From contig NZ_AP028907.1 of NCBI RefSeq assembly GCF_036323395.1, positions 2,100,001-2,132,000 on the forward strand: a stretch of 32,000 nucleotides of DNA. The letters run 5' to 3'. The position numbers and the translations under genes are program-made. Numbering within the stretch: position 1 is the first letter of the stretch; the number at the start of each line of letters is the position of its first letter. The DNA is from Pyrodictium abyssi. GTDB taxonomy: Archaea; Thermoproteota; Thermoprotei_A; Sulfolobales; Pyrodictiaceae. The notes beneath the pieces were generated by a model that did not search any database, was not told where the DNA came from, and saw nothing but the letters and a program-made list of their open reading frames with translations. Positions 8,803-17,793 of this stretch are shown piece after piece.

Positions 8803-8826
8803 GAAGAATCAAGAAGACACTGAAAC
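8803..8826 (+). repeat. Solo inverted copy of the 24-nt CRISPR-like repeat
   Basis: GAAGAATCAAGAAGACACTGAAAC, exact reverse complement of the copies at 6678, 7847, 7922 and 8001; spans the 3' end of ORF 8809..9222. Confidence 0.85.
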
Positions 8827-9222
8827 CTCGGCTATGCCCCTGTCGCTGTGGGGTGCGAGTGTCTTCATTAGGTCGCGCTTGTACTTGCCCATGAAGAGTA
8901 CGGCTATGTAGGCTAGGGCTAGGCCGGCTGCTATGCTCACGCCTAGCCCTATGGGCCCGGCTGTGGGGGCTCCGAGGAAGGCTCCTACCCCGACGAGCGG
9001 CGCTATGGCTATGAGGGCAGCAGTGAAGCCCACGGTGGAGACCAGGACGTAGTGGAACACCTCGCGCCGGCCGTAGTACTCGGCGACGTAGTACATGCCG
9101 GCGATGTAGAGGGCTAGCCCTATGAGGCCTAGCGCGCCGTGTAGAGGCGAGAGCGTGGAGGCTACGAGGCCGAGGGCTGCGAGAGCCTTAGCAGTGGTCA
9201 GGTCCAGGCCAGGGGCCACCAA
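8809..9222 (-). CDS. Small multi-spanning membrane protein, possibly DUF996-like
   Basis: 137 aa with several hydrophobic segments (LGLIGLALYIAGMYYVAEYYGRREVFHYVLVSTVG). The C-terminus is encoded by the inserted repeat. Confidence 0.6.
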   Translation of the reverse strand: MVAPGLDLTTAKALAALGLVASTLSPLHGALGLIGLALYIAGMYYVAEYYGRREVFHYVLVSTVGFTAALIAIAPLVGVGAFLGAPTAGPIGLGVSIAAGLALAYIAVLFMGKYKRDLMKTLAPHSDRGIAEVSVSS

Positions 9223-9315
9223 AGGGGAGGATAGGACGCGTATCCTGGTATATGCTGCTCGCCCCCGGCAGGCGGTGTGGCTGGGGAGCCTTGCCGAGGG
9301 AGAAGGGTGGGCGAG

Positions 9316-9393
9316 TGGCGGGCCCGGGGGGATTTGAACCCCCGACCACCGGCTTAGGAGGCCGGCGCTCTATCCTAGCTGAGCTACGGGCCC
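9316..9393 (-). tRNA. tRNA-Arg (anticodon CCU), CCA encoded
   Basis: Minus strand GGGCCCGTAGCTCAGCTAGGATAGAGCGCCGGCCTCCTAAGCCGGTGGTCGGGGGTTCAAATCCCCCCGGGCCCGCCA folds into a full cloverleaf with anticodon loop CUCCUAA. Confidence 0.96.
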
Positions 9394-9508
9394 TCCCAGT
9401 CTGGGGCTTGGGAGGCCGTCCGGGGTGGGGCCCCGTGGCCCGCCTCTCCATGGGTCTCTTGTCACCCTCTGGGGGCTGATTATATGCCTTCTCCCCGGGG
9501 GACCGGGG

Positions 9509-10702
9509 CTAGGCGAGCTCTAGGGCTACTGCTGTGGCTCCGCCGAGGCCGTGGCAGAGGGTGGCTATCCCGCGTTCTCCGCCCAGGCTTCTCAGCGCGT
9601 TGATGAGCGTCACTATTATGCGGGCGCCGGTCGCGCCTATGGGGTGGCCTAGGGCTATCGCGCCGCCTAGGGGGTTTACCCGGTCGAGTGGGGCGCCGAG
9701 CATGTCCCTGGCTAGGAGCAGGCTTACCGCGAAGGCCTCGTTGACTTCTATGTAGTCGTAGTCCTCTAGCCGTGTCCCTGTCCGCTCGAGGAGCCTGCGG
9801 ACCGCGTAGACCGGTGCTTCTAGGAACCTCCAGGTCTCGGTGGCGGCCCAGGCGTAGCCTGTCAGCCTGGCCAGGGGGCGGAGCCCGTACTCGTCTAGGG
9901 CCCGCTCCGAGGCTAGCACTAGGGCGGCGGCTCCGTCGCTCAGCTGGCTGCTGTTGCCGGCGGTGTGTAGCCCGTCGGGGCCGAAGGCTGGGGGTAGGCG
10001 GGCGAGCTTCTCGGGGCTCGTGTCGGGCCTCACTCCCTCGTCGTGGTCGAGGCTGATACGCCGCCCGTTCTTCTCCACGTCCACGGGCGCTATCTCGCCG
10101 CTGAACAGGCCCGCGCGCTGCGCCCTGGCCGCGCGGGCGTGGCTCTCCGCGGCCACCTCGTCGAGCATCTCCCGGGTGTAGCCGTGCCTCCGCGCAACCA
10201 TGTCCGCCTCCTGGCCCATCCCGAGCCCCGCTACCGGGTCGTAGAGGCCGTCGTGGAACATGGCGTCTAGCAGCTCGAGCCGCCTGGCTATGAGGTGCCT
10301 TATCCCCCAGCGGGCATCGGCGGGCACGATGAAGGGCGCCCGCGACATGCTCTCCATGCCGCCCGCTACCACCAGGTCAGCGTCCCCAGAGCGTATCATC
10401 ATAGCAGCGTTGATCACCGCAGCCATCCCGGAGGAGCACACCATGTCCACGGTGGCGGCGTCTACGGCGGCCGGTATCCCGGCGCGGAGCGCTGCCTGCC
10501 TCGCCGTGTCCTGGCCCGTGCCAGCGCGTATAACGTGGCCCATGTAGACGAACTCCACGCTCGAGGGGTCCACGCGGCCCCGCTCCAGGGCTGCGCGGAT
10601 AGCGATGGCTCCTAGCTCTACCGCGTCTAGGCGGGAGAGGCTGCCCCCGAACCTGCCTATGGGCGTACGGGCGGCTGACACGATGTAGACATCCCTGGCC
10701 AT
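9509..10702 (-). CDS. Acetyl-CoA acetyltransferase (thiolase)
   Basis: MARDVYIVSAARTPIGRFGGSL, DMVCSSGMAAV (nucleophilic Cys), NPLGGAIALGHPIGATGAR, TLCHGLGGATAVALE. The Met at 10702 is more likely than 10792. Confidence 0.95.
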   Translation of the reverse strand: MARDVYIVSAARTPIGRFGGSLSRLDAVELGAIAIRAALERGRVDPSSVEFVYMGHVIRAGTGQDTARQAALRAGIPAAVDAATVDMVCSSGMAAVINAAMMIRSGDADLVVAGGMESMSRAPFIVPADARWGIRHLIARRLELLDAMFHDGLYDPVAGLGMGQEADMVARRHGYTREMLDEVAAESHARAARAQRAGLFSGEIAPVDVEKNGRRISLDHDEGVRPDTSPEKLARLPPAFGPDGLHTAGNSSQLSDGAAALVLASERALDEYGLRPLARLTGYAWAATETWRFLEAPVYAVRRLLERTGTRLEDYDYIEVNEAFAVSLLLARDMLGAPLDRVNPLGGAIALGHPIGATGARIIVTLINALRSLGGERGIATLCHGLGGATAVALELA

Positions 10703-10788
10703 CGCGGCGGCGCCCCCGTTGGGTTGTTCCGCAGCGCTACCCGGCCAGGGGCTCTGGCCTGAACAGTGTAGCTGGTGGGATATAAGGC

Positions 10789-10822
10789 CCACAATAACGA
10801 TTATAGATAATTGTTATTGTGG
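10789..10822. promoter_or_regulatory. 34-bp near-perfect palindrome upstream of the thiolase TATA-like box
   Basis: CCACAATAACgATTAT-AG-ATAATtGTTATTGTGG, 15 of 16 paired; adjoins the perfect 12-bp palindrome GGACGATCGTCC (10821-10832). Minus-strand TATA-like CTTATATC lies just downstream. Confidence 0.55.
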
Positions 10823-11169
10823 ACGATCGTCCACGCTATGCCGCTGGTATGCTGGCACGTGGCTGGCGACTCTTGCCCGACATACCCGATGAATACGACA
10901 GTAATGGATGCTGGTAGTTTCGCCTACCACATGCATCAACCTAGGACAAGCTTCAGGAGCTGCGACACTGCCAGTCTAGCCGCGTAATAGGAGGGCAGAG
11001 CAAGGCATGAACACCCGGTACCCGGGGCAAGAGGCTCGGCCGACCATGGATTAGCATCTTCGCCTCACGGCTGCCGTGTCTAGGGCGCGGGGCTGTCTGA
11101 GGAGAACTTGCGAGTTGTCTACGTGGGCTAGCGGGCAGCAGAGCGCCAAGAAAAGGCCTACATCGGGGT

Positions 11170-14103
11170 CTAGCCCGGGTTTTCAAGCCTGTACACGTAC
11201 ACCGGGTAGCCGCGGAACAGTATCGCGAGGTACACCTCTTCCTGGCCGCAGTCGCTGATTAGGCTACCCAGCCTGGCCAGGTCTACCTCTATGGTTACCA
11301 CGCCTCCCTCCGTGGTCCACCTGGATGCCTCTATGTAGGGTATGCTGGTGTAGCGCCAGCCCGGCGGTGTGACCCCGGCACAGAGCCTGGCGTCTGGCGT
11401 GTAGAGCAGCACCTGGAAGTCCCTGAGCGGATCCACCTGAGGGATATCCTCCACGTCCACGTGGATGGTCAGCGTCGTCGCGGTAGTGTTCACCGTTGCC
11501 GGGGGCACTGGGCCGGGGACAGCGTAGACGCGTATGCTCAGCGCGTCGCCCCGCTCTAGGGCTAGCCAGAAGGAGCCCTTGGCCTCCACGGCGCTGCTGT
11601 AGTACTTCTCTAGCAGATCGGTAGCGTGGCCTGCTAGCCAGTGGGCCCACTGCTCGCGGAGCAGCGGCGTATAGGCAGCGTCAATGGGCGGGCTTGGTGT
11701 GCCCGGGACCTCCTGGAGAGCGGGGAGCCGTAGCTCCTTCCACGCGCTCCATAGAGGGAGTACTGTGGCTAGCTGCTCGGCGGGAGCCATGCCGGTGGCG
11801 TTGGCCACGAGGGCTACGATGTCCACTGCTAGTTTCTCGTCTATCCTGTCCTCCGGGTAGGTGTCGGGTAGGCTTGGCGCTGTCTGTAGGAGCGCGGTCA
11901 CCACTGTCTCGTTGCCTAGCAGCGCTACGCGGTATAGGTTGACCTCAGCCACGGGGCTAGAAGAGTTAGCCACGTACTCCATGTAGTCCTGCCACTCGAT
12001 GGGCGGCAGATGCTGGTCGAGCACCAGCAGGGTGCCGCCTAGGGGCGCTGCGGCCACAGCGTGGCCAGGAGGCTCAGCCCACTCTATAGTGACTACGTAG
12101 GCCTCGTGGAGGCCCCCAGCGAGCAGCGCAGCAGCCTCGAACACGGCGTAGTCCACGCATATCCCGGAGCCGCGGCTCAGCATCTCTAGCGGGGTATAGG
12201 TGCGGAAGCCCGTGCCATAGACGGCGTTAGCCCGGTCGTAGTTGTAGGTGAAGTTGCTATCGGCGTACTCGAGGACCCTCCACACGAGCCACTCGGGGCT
12301 AGGCTCCCCGCCGCCTAGTACTCTTGACCGGAGCACTTCTAGCGAGGTCGTGTTCACGCCGCAGACGAGTGCGTGGTAGAGGTCGAACCCGGGCACGCTC
12401 TCGAGGACGCTGCAGCCCGTCCTCGGCTCATCCACGTAGACCAGGTCCCTTATCTCGGCGCTATCCCTGCCCAGTACCAGGGTGGCCTGGAAGACCCTGG
12501 CACTACCCAGCCAGCCTATGACCGTGTACTCTCCCGGCCCGAGCCTGTCCAGCAGCTGGTTGACCGGGATAAGCACCCTCATGCCGCGCCTGGTCACTAT
12601 CACCTGGTACGCCTCTACGGCGTCCTGGTCCTCGTCTATCTCGCGGGTATACACGGTGAAGACGGGCAGCGGCCCCTTATCGTACACGGCTATCTGCTCC
12701 ACGTAGCCCTCCAGCTCCACAGCCAGGAACCCGGCCCCAGCCTCCTGGCTGCCAGCGGCCCCGAGTATGGCGTCTACCGCCTCCTCTAGGCTTGCGGCGA
12801 GCGCGGCTCCCTCGCCGACAACGACCACCGTGGCTGTGGACGCGTTGCGCCATGCCGTCCAGCTTTCTAGCAGCCCCTGTAGCCCGCTACGGGTAGCCGG
12901 GTAGGGTCTCACGGTGCCGCTCAACTCCAGCGAGAGGGCGCTAGCGCCTGCTAGGCTCCTCTTGGCCTCGGCGCCGAGCTGTAGGGGGCTGAGGTGGAGG
13001 CGGAGCACCGTGGTGCCGTTGTAGACGCTCACGGCGGCTTCTAGCTCGGCGCCGTTGAGCCAGCCCATCGGGTCGACGAGCACGGCCTCGCCGCCTGCCC
13101 CGACTAGTAGGGCGGCGTAGCAGCCCATTGGCGGCCAGCCGGCGCCCCCTACGGTGTCGGCGCTCTGCGGGACGCCGACTAGGAATACGTGCTCGCCGGG
13201 CTGCCTCGCGGCGGCGAGTAGGGCGTAGACGAGGAGGCCTAGGCTCTGGCAGTCCCCGGCGCCGCGCCTGGCGAGCTCTAGGGGGAATAGCCAGCCGGTA
13301 GCGTTGCCCAGGCTCTGCGTAGCGGTGTCCACGTAGTAGATGGCTGTGGGCGGCGTGTAGGCTAGGTCGAGCGATACCCAGCGGAGGACGGCTAGCGCTC
13401 TCTCGTAGGGATCGAAGGCTGCGAGGCCCCTGGCTAGCTCGGGGCTTGTCTCTATCAGGGTTCTTGCCTCCTCGGCTGCCTGGCTGAGCTTCTCGGCGAG
13501 CTCGCTGAGCCTGTAGAGCCGGTTCTGTAGCCTAGCCTCCTCCGCGAGCTCGGCGAGCCTCCTATACTCGCTGGTGAGATTACTGTATGATTCTAGGAGG
13601 CTCTGGTACCTGGCCTGGAGGCTGGCCAGCTCCCTGGTTAGGTTCTCCTGGGCTGCCTGGAGCTCCCTGAGCCTTGTCTGGGCCTCTTCTAGCTCCTGGA
13701 GAGCGTCCCTATAGCTGGCCTGTAGCTCCTCTAGCTGGGCCTCTAGCCTGTCTCTCTCGCCTAGGGCCTCGCGGTACGCCTTCTCGAGGCTTCTCAGCTT
13801 CTCCTCTACAGCTTGCAGCTCCCTGGTGGCGTTCTCGTAGCGCCCGCGTAGCGTCTCGTACTCGGCAAGCAGGCTCTGGTAGCTCTCCTTTAGAGCGTTG
13901 TAGTCTCTCTGCAGCTTCTCCGCCTTCTCGGCTAGCGGGCTCTTCTCCGCGAGGAGCCTCTCGGCCTCGACGTACTTTGTGTAGAAGTAGGCGGCGATGC
14001 TTAGCGAGGCTGCTAGCAGGAGGATGAGTATAGCTGTGTAGGGGCCGGCGACGCCCCGGAGACGGGCTCTACGGTTCGCGCCTAGCGGGGAGAAATCGGG
14101 CAA
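11170..14103 (-). CDS. Membrane-anchored coiled-coil protein with two transglutaminase-like regions
   Basis: 977 aa; N-terminal TM (YTAILILLLAASLSIAAYFYTKYV), about 170-aa coiled coil, then GAGDCQSLGLLVYALLAA and GSGICVDYAVFEAAALLAGG...GHAVAAAPLGGTLLVLDQ. Confidence 0.75.
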   Translation of the reverse strand: MPDFSPLGANRRARLRGVAGPYTAILILLLAASLSIAAYFYTKYVEAERLLAEKSPLAEKAEKLQRDYNALKESYQSLLAEYETLRGRYENATRELQAVEEKLRSLEKAYREALGERDRLEAQLEELQASYRDALQELEEAQTRLRELQAAQENLTRELASLQARYQSLLESYSNLTSEYRRLAELAEEARLQNRLYRLSELAEKLSQAAEEARTLIETSPELARGLAAFDPYERALAVLRWVSLDLAYTPPTAIYYVDTATQSLGNATGWLFPLELARRGAGDCQSLGLLVYALLAAARQPGEHVFLVGVPQSADTVGGAGWPPMGCYAALLVGAGGEAVLVDPMGWLNGAELEAAVSVYNGTTVLRLHLSPLQLGAEAKRSLAGASALSLELSGTVRPYPATRSGLQGLLESWTAWRNASTATVVVVGEGAALAASLEEAVDAILGAAGSQEAGAGFLAVELEGYVEQIAVYDKGPLPVFTVYTREIDEDQDAVEAYQVIVTRRGMRVLIPVNQLLDRLGPGEYTVIGWLGSARVFQATLVLGRDSAEIRDLVYVDEPRTGCSVLESVPGFDLYHALVCGVNTTSLEVLRSRVLGGGEPSPEWLVWRVLEYADSNFTYNYDRANAVYGTGFRTYTPLEMLSRGSGICVDYAVFEAAALLAGGLHEAYVVTIEWAEPPGHAVAAAPLGGTLLVLDQHLPPIEWQDYMEYVANSSSPVAEVNLYRVALLGNETVVTALLQTAPSLPDTYPEDRIDEKLAVDIVALVANATGMAPAEQLATVLPLWSAWKELRLPALQEVPGTPSPPIDAAYTPLLREQWAHWLAGHATDLLEKYYSSAVEAKGSFWLALERGDALSIRVYAVPGPVPPATVNTTATTLTIHVDVEDIPQVDPLRDFQVLLYTPDARLCAGVTPPGWRYTSIPYIEASRWTTEGGVVTIEVDLARLGSLISDCGQEEVYLAILFRGYPVYVYRLENPG

Positions 14104-14214
14104 CGCGGCAGTACCTCCATCTGGGCGGTGGCATCCTAGCCACGCCGTATAGGAGGCGGGAAAACACGCTATATGCGCGGCGCATGCACCCAGGAGGCAG
14201 CGTGTGGCCCCGGG

Positions 14215-16356
14215 CTACATCGCTGCGGCGAACGCTCTTATGGCGAGCGCGACTATGGTTGCAAGTGCGAGGTCGTAGGTTAGCGCTGCTAGTGCTAGCC
14301 GGGCGCTCCTAGTCTCAGAGTATATCGTGGCGAGCGTCGCCATGCAGGGTATGTAGAGCGTGACCGCAGCCATTAGTGCTAGTGCCTGCCAGGGCTCCAG
14401 AGCGTAGGCTGCGAGAGTCGCGTACTCTGCCTCGCCCGTAGCGCTGTCTAGGGGCGAGACCACGGCTATGGAGTCGAGGAACACCTCTTTGGCTATGAAG
14501 CCGCCTAGTAGGCCGAAGCCTATACGCCAGGCCCGGTCATAGTCCACGCCTAGCAGGTGCTCCACGTAGGGTGCTAGTAGCCGGCCCACGGCCGCCGCGT
14601 AGCTCTGGGAGGCGCCTCCGTCCACGTCCCCGAGGTAGCCGGCTGGCCCGTAGTTTGCTAGCAGCCAGAGCACGATGCTGGCCGCCACTATCACCGTGCC
14701 GGCGCGGACGAGGAAGTGGCGCAGCTTATCCCAGACGAACCACCAGACGACCCGGAGGCTAGGCCTCTTCAGCGGCGGTAGCTCCAGCACTATCTCGCTA
14801 GCCTCGCTGCCTTCGATGCGGGTAACGAGCTTCAGCGTCGCCAGGAACGATGCTATCGAGATCAGGTAGACGGTGAACACTGCTAGCGCGCTCTCTAGGG
14901 GGCTCCGGAAGAACACGTGCGCTAGCGCCAGGAGTACTGCTAGCCGCGCGCTGCAGGGCACCAGTGGTATCGCGAAGGCTACGGCCCTCTTCTCCTGCAC
15001 CGAGTCCATAACCCGGGTGGATATCACGCCCGGCACGTTGCAGCCGAGGCTGACCATGGCCGGGAATATCGCCTTGCCGCTGACGCCGAAGCGGCGGAAG
15101 AACCTGTCAACCCCCGCCGCTATCCGCGGCAGCAGGCCGGAGTCCTCTAACGCCGCTATCAGCGCCATAAGCACGGCTAGCAGCGGGACGAAGGTGAGCA
15201 CCAGGCCTAGCCCGTACTCGGAGGAGAGGACCCCCTCGCCTATTAGCCGGGCTAGCACCGGGTGCGGGATAACGCCCTCCACCCAGCCGGCGAGCCTATC
15301 CATAGCGGCGGCGACGAGCCCCGAGAGGCTATACTCCGCTACAGCCTCCGCGGCCTTCTCGAAGCCGAGGCGCTCGAGGAGCACGTCGAGAGGCCAGCCC
15401 GTCGCGATAACGTAGGTGGCGAGGAACACGAGGAGCATAAACCCGAGGCTAGCAAGAGGCCCCGTCAACGGGTTGAGGAAGACCAGGTCTAGCCTAGACA
15501 AGCCCCCGCCACCGTCATCGCCCTCCACGCGCTCAACGTACCTCTCGTAGAGGCGGGAGGCGTACTCGTACCTCCTCTTTATGAACTCGAGCGACGGGTC
15601 CAAGCCCCTAGCGGCTAGCTCGCCGCGGAGCCTCTCAGCCTCCTCGACCACTCTCCGGGCCCCAGCGGGGCCCAGCAGCTCCTCGAGGTACCGGGGGACC
15701 CAGTCGTAGCCCTCGAGGAGCTTTACGGCGAGCCACCTGGCGCGCCCCGGCTCGACCCCCTCCTCGGCTAGGAGCCCGGCTAGGCGGTCCACGTAGGGCT
15801 TGAGATCGCCTAGAACCTTCTCTAGCAGCCTCCCGTCATCGCTTCTACGCCTTGGCCTCCTGAGGGCCTCTACTAGCCCGTCGACACCCTGCCCCTCTAG
15901 GGCGCTGACGAGCACAACAGGTGCTCCCAGCTCTTTCTCCAGGCCCTCAACGTCTATGCGTAGCCCCTTCTCCCCGAGCATGTCGGCCTTGGTCAGCACC
16001 ACCACGACGTTGTCGAAGGCCTCTAGCAGCTCTAGGGGGAGGAAGAGGCTCCTCTCCAGAGTCGTAGCATCGGCTATAGCGACTATCACGTCGGGGCTGT
16101 TCTCCAGGAGGAAGCTGCGCGTAACCTCCTCCTCGGGGCCACTGCCGCTGATACTATAGGTTCCGGGGAGGTCGACTATGCAGAGCGTAGAGCCGTCGGC
16201 CCTAAGGTAGGCGGTCTTAATGTCCACGGTCGCGCCTGGCCAGTTGGCGACGAACTCGCTCGACCCGGTAAGCCTGTTGAAGAGCGTAGTCTTACCACTG
16301 TTAGGGGCACCCACTAGCGCTGCTACTATGCTGCATTCTCGCTGGCCACGCTCCAA
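14215..16356 (-). CDS. feoB: Ferrous iron transport protein B
   Basis: 713 aa; GAPNSGKTTLFNRLTG (G1), WPGATVDIK, DLPGTYS (G3), LTKADM (G4), and the membrane domain MVSLGCNVPGVISTRV, PLVPCSARLAVLLALA. Confidence 0.96.
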   Translation of the reverse strand: MERGQRECSIVAALVGAPNSGKTTLFNRLTGSSEFVANWPGATVDIKTAYLRADGSTLCIVDLPGTYSISGSGPEEEVTRSFLLENSPDVIVAIADATTLERSLFLPLELLEAFDNVVVVLTKADMLGEKGLRIDVEGLEKELGAPVVLVSALEGQGVDGLVEALRRPRRRSDDGRLLEKVLGDLKPYVDRLAGLLAEEGVEPGRARWLAVKLLEGYDWVPRYLEELLGPAGARRVVEEAERLRGELAARGLDPSLEFIKRRYEYASRLYERYVERVEGDDGGGGLSRLDLVFLNPLTGPLASLGFMLLVFLATYVIATGWPLDVLLERLGFEKAAEAVAEYSLSGLVAAAMDRLAGWVEGVIPHPVLARLIGEGVLSSEYGLGLVLTFVPLLAVLMALIAALEDSGLLPRIAAGVDRFFRRFGVSGKAIFPAMVSLGCNVPGVISTRVMDSVQEKRAVAFAIPLVPCSARLAVLLALAHVFFRSPLESALAVFTVYLISIASFLATLKLVTRIEGSEASEIVLELPPLKRPSLRVVWWFVWDKLRHFLVRAGTVIVAASIVLWLLANYGPAGYLGDVDGGASQSYAAAVGRLLAPYVEHLLGVDYDRAWRIGFGLLGGFIAKEVFLDSIAVVSPLDSATGEAEYATLAAYALEPWQALALMAAVTLYIPCMATLATIYSETRSARLALAALTYDLALATIVALAIRAFAAAM

Positions 16357-16909
16357 AGGGGCTCCCCAGACGGGTAGAGGATGTCAAGGGTACTTTAAAC
16401 CATGTTAAAATACAAGGCAAAGCTGTATCGGCATAGATATTAGTTCTATTTCGGATAGTAATGTCTGTTATCCCGCGGCCCTAGCACCGGGTCTGCAAGC
16501 TAGCCCTCAGTTGGAGTCTCTAGGCAACAACATAGACTGGCGGGATTAGAACCAACGCTAGATGCACGGCACGGGGTACTACAAGGCTTAGCTACTCCAG
16601 AAGGTCGGCAATCAGCCCCGAGGCTATGTTTGCATCCCCTACAGATAGAGGACATAGAAAAGCTGCCAAGGAACTCCCTTGATGTTGGCTCGAGTAACTG
16701 CTCCCTACGGCTTATGTAAAACCAGGCGTCGTCGGGACAGGGGTGCAAAGGTAGACACCAGCAGATAAGCTGTAGCCAGCGGCGAGAAATGCTATACCAG
16801 CCAGTACATCTGCGAAGAGCATGGTCATGGAGTCTCCTAGGCCCCGGCGTAAGTAGCAGCTATAGTCGCGAGGCTCATAGATGCCTTGGTCAAGGCCACG
16901 TGCAGCAAT

Positions 16910-17720
16910 GTGCCACTATATTCTCTACAGCAATGGGGGTAGGGCTAGACTTGGAGCTAAGACTTCAACCGTGATGGATAACATATTCGGGACCGTCTAG
17001 AGGAATGGCCTCCCATCCTTCATAATCCTTCCAGCGGGTCTTTGCAGCGGCAGTCTGTTCGAGTTTCTGTGGTCTCCATTTCCAGTCTGGAGAATTGCCG
17101 GCTGCTTCAGTGCATACGCTACGTAGAGGATGAATAGAGTGTGCATAGTCATGAGATGACAGGAAGAAATCTAGCACAGTGTCAACGCCCGCAGCGCCTA
17201 GTATGAGTGCCCACCTACCAGGGGCAGGATGATACCGCAGCGGCTTCATGCAGCCTATGATGTTACGTTAGTGTCTCCTGATAGTCTCTTCACGAGAGAC
17301 ACGGCGTGCTCGAGGCAGAGTAGATGAGATAGATGTACCTCTGTGGCTTTCCCTACAAGGTTGTCAGCAATGATCATGGAAGGGGTGGGCTTCCCCATGC
17401 AAGGTCATAGAGGAGTAGAGGAGCAGTAGTCTCTTCTAGGATGTCGATCACAGCTATGTCTAGGCGGTGGTCTCGCAGCGTGAAGGCCTCCTAGGAGAAG
17501 CTGTAGAGGAGTATACACAGTACAGCTATCAGCTATGGATAACTATATCCATTCAGGACGCTTTATAGCCAATAGTGTGTAGATAGCAGAAGCGCAGCCT
17601 AGGTTACGAGATAGGTCAATGCATACACATGGTATATTACGTACCTTTGGGCAGACTTAGCTAGGTCCTTGAACTCATTGTGTCCCATGGTATCCTTTGC
17701 GGCTGATGTAGGGGACACTT
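16910..17720 (-). pseudogene. Fragmented coding remnant, probable polytopic membrane protein
   Basis: Consecutive minus-strand fragments in changing frames: VCSMYPGKVSPTSAAKDTMGHNEFKDLAKSAQRYVIYHVYALTYLVT*, AFTLRDHRLDIAVIDILEETTAPLLLYDLAWG, MIIADNLVGKATEVHLSHLLCLEHAVSLVKRLSG, RWALILGAAGVDTVLDFFLSSHDYA, MHTLFILYVAYALKQPAIL. Confidence 0.35.
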
Positions 17721-17793
17721 TGCCGGGGTACATACTACACACTTAGCTATCGCTGTTTTCCGGATACCAGTCCTAGTGGCACAGACCCCTGGT

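Noticed and set aside
16540-16580. Possible tRNA-like sequence around gcgggattagaaccaacgc
   Set aside because: The T-arm resemblance is superficial; no matching acceptor or anticodon stem could be assembled.
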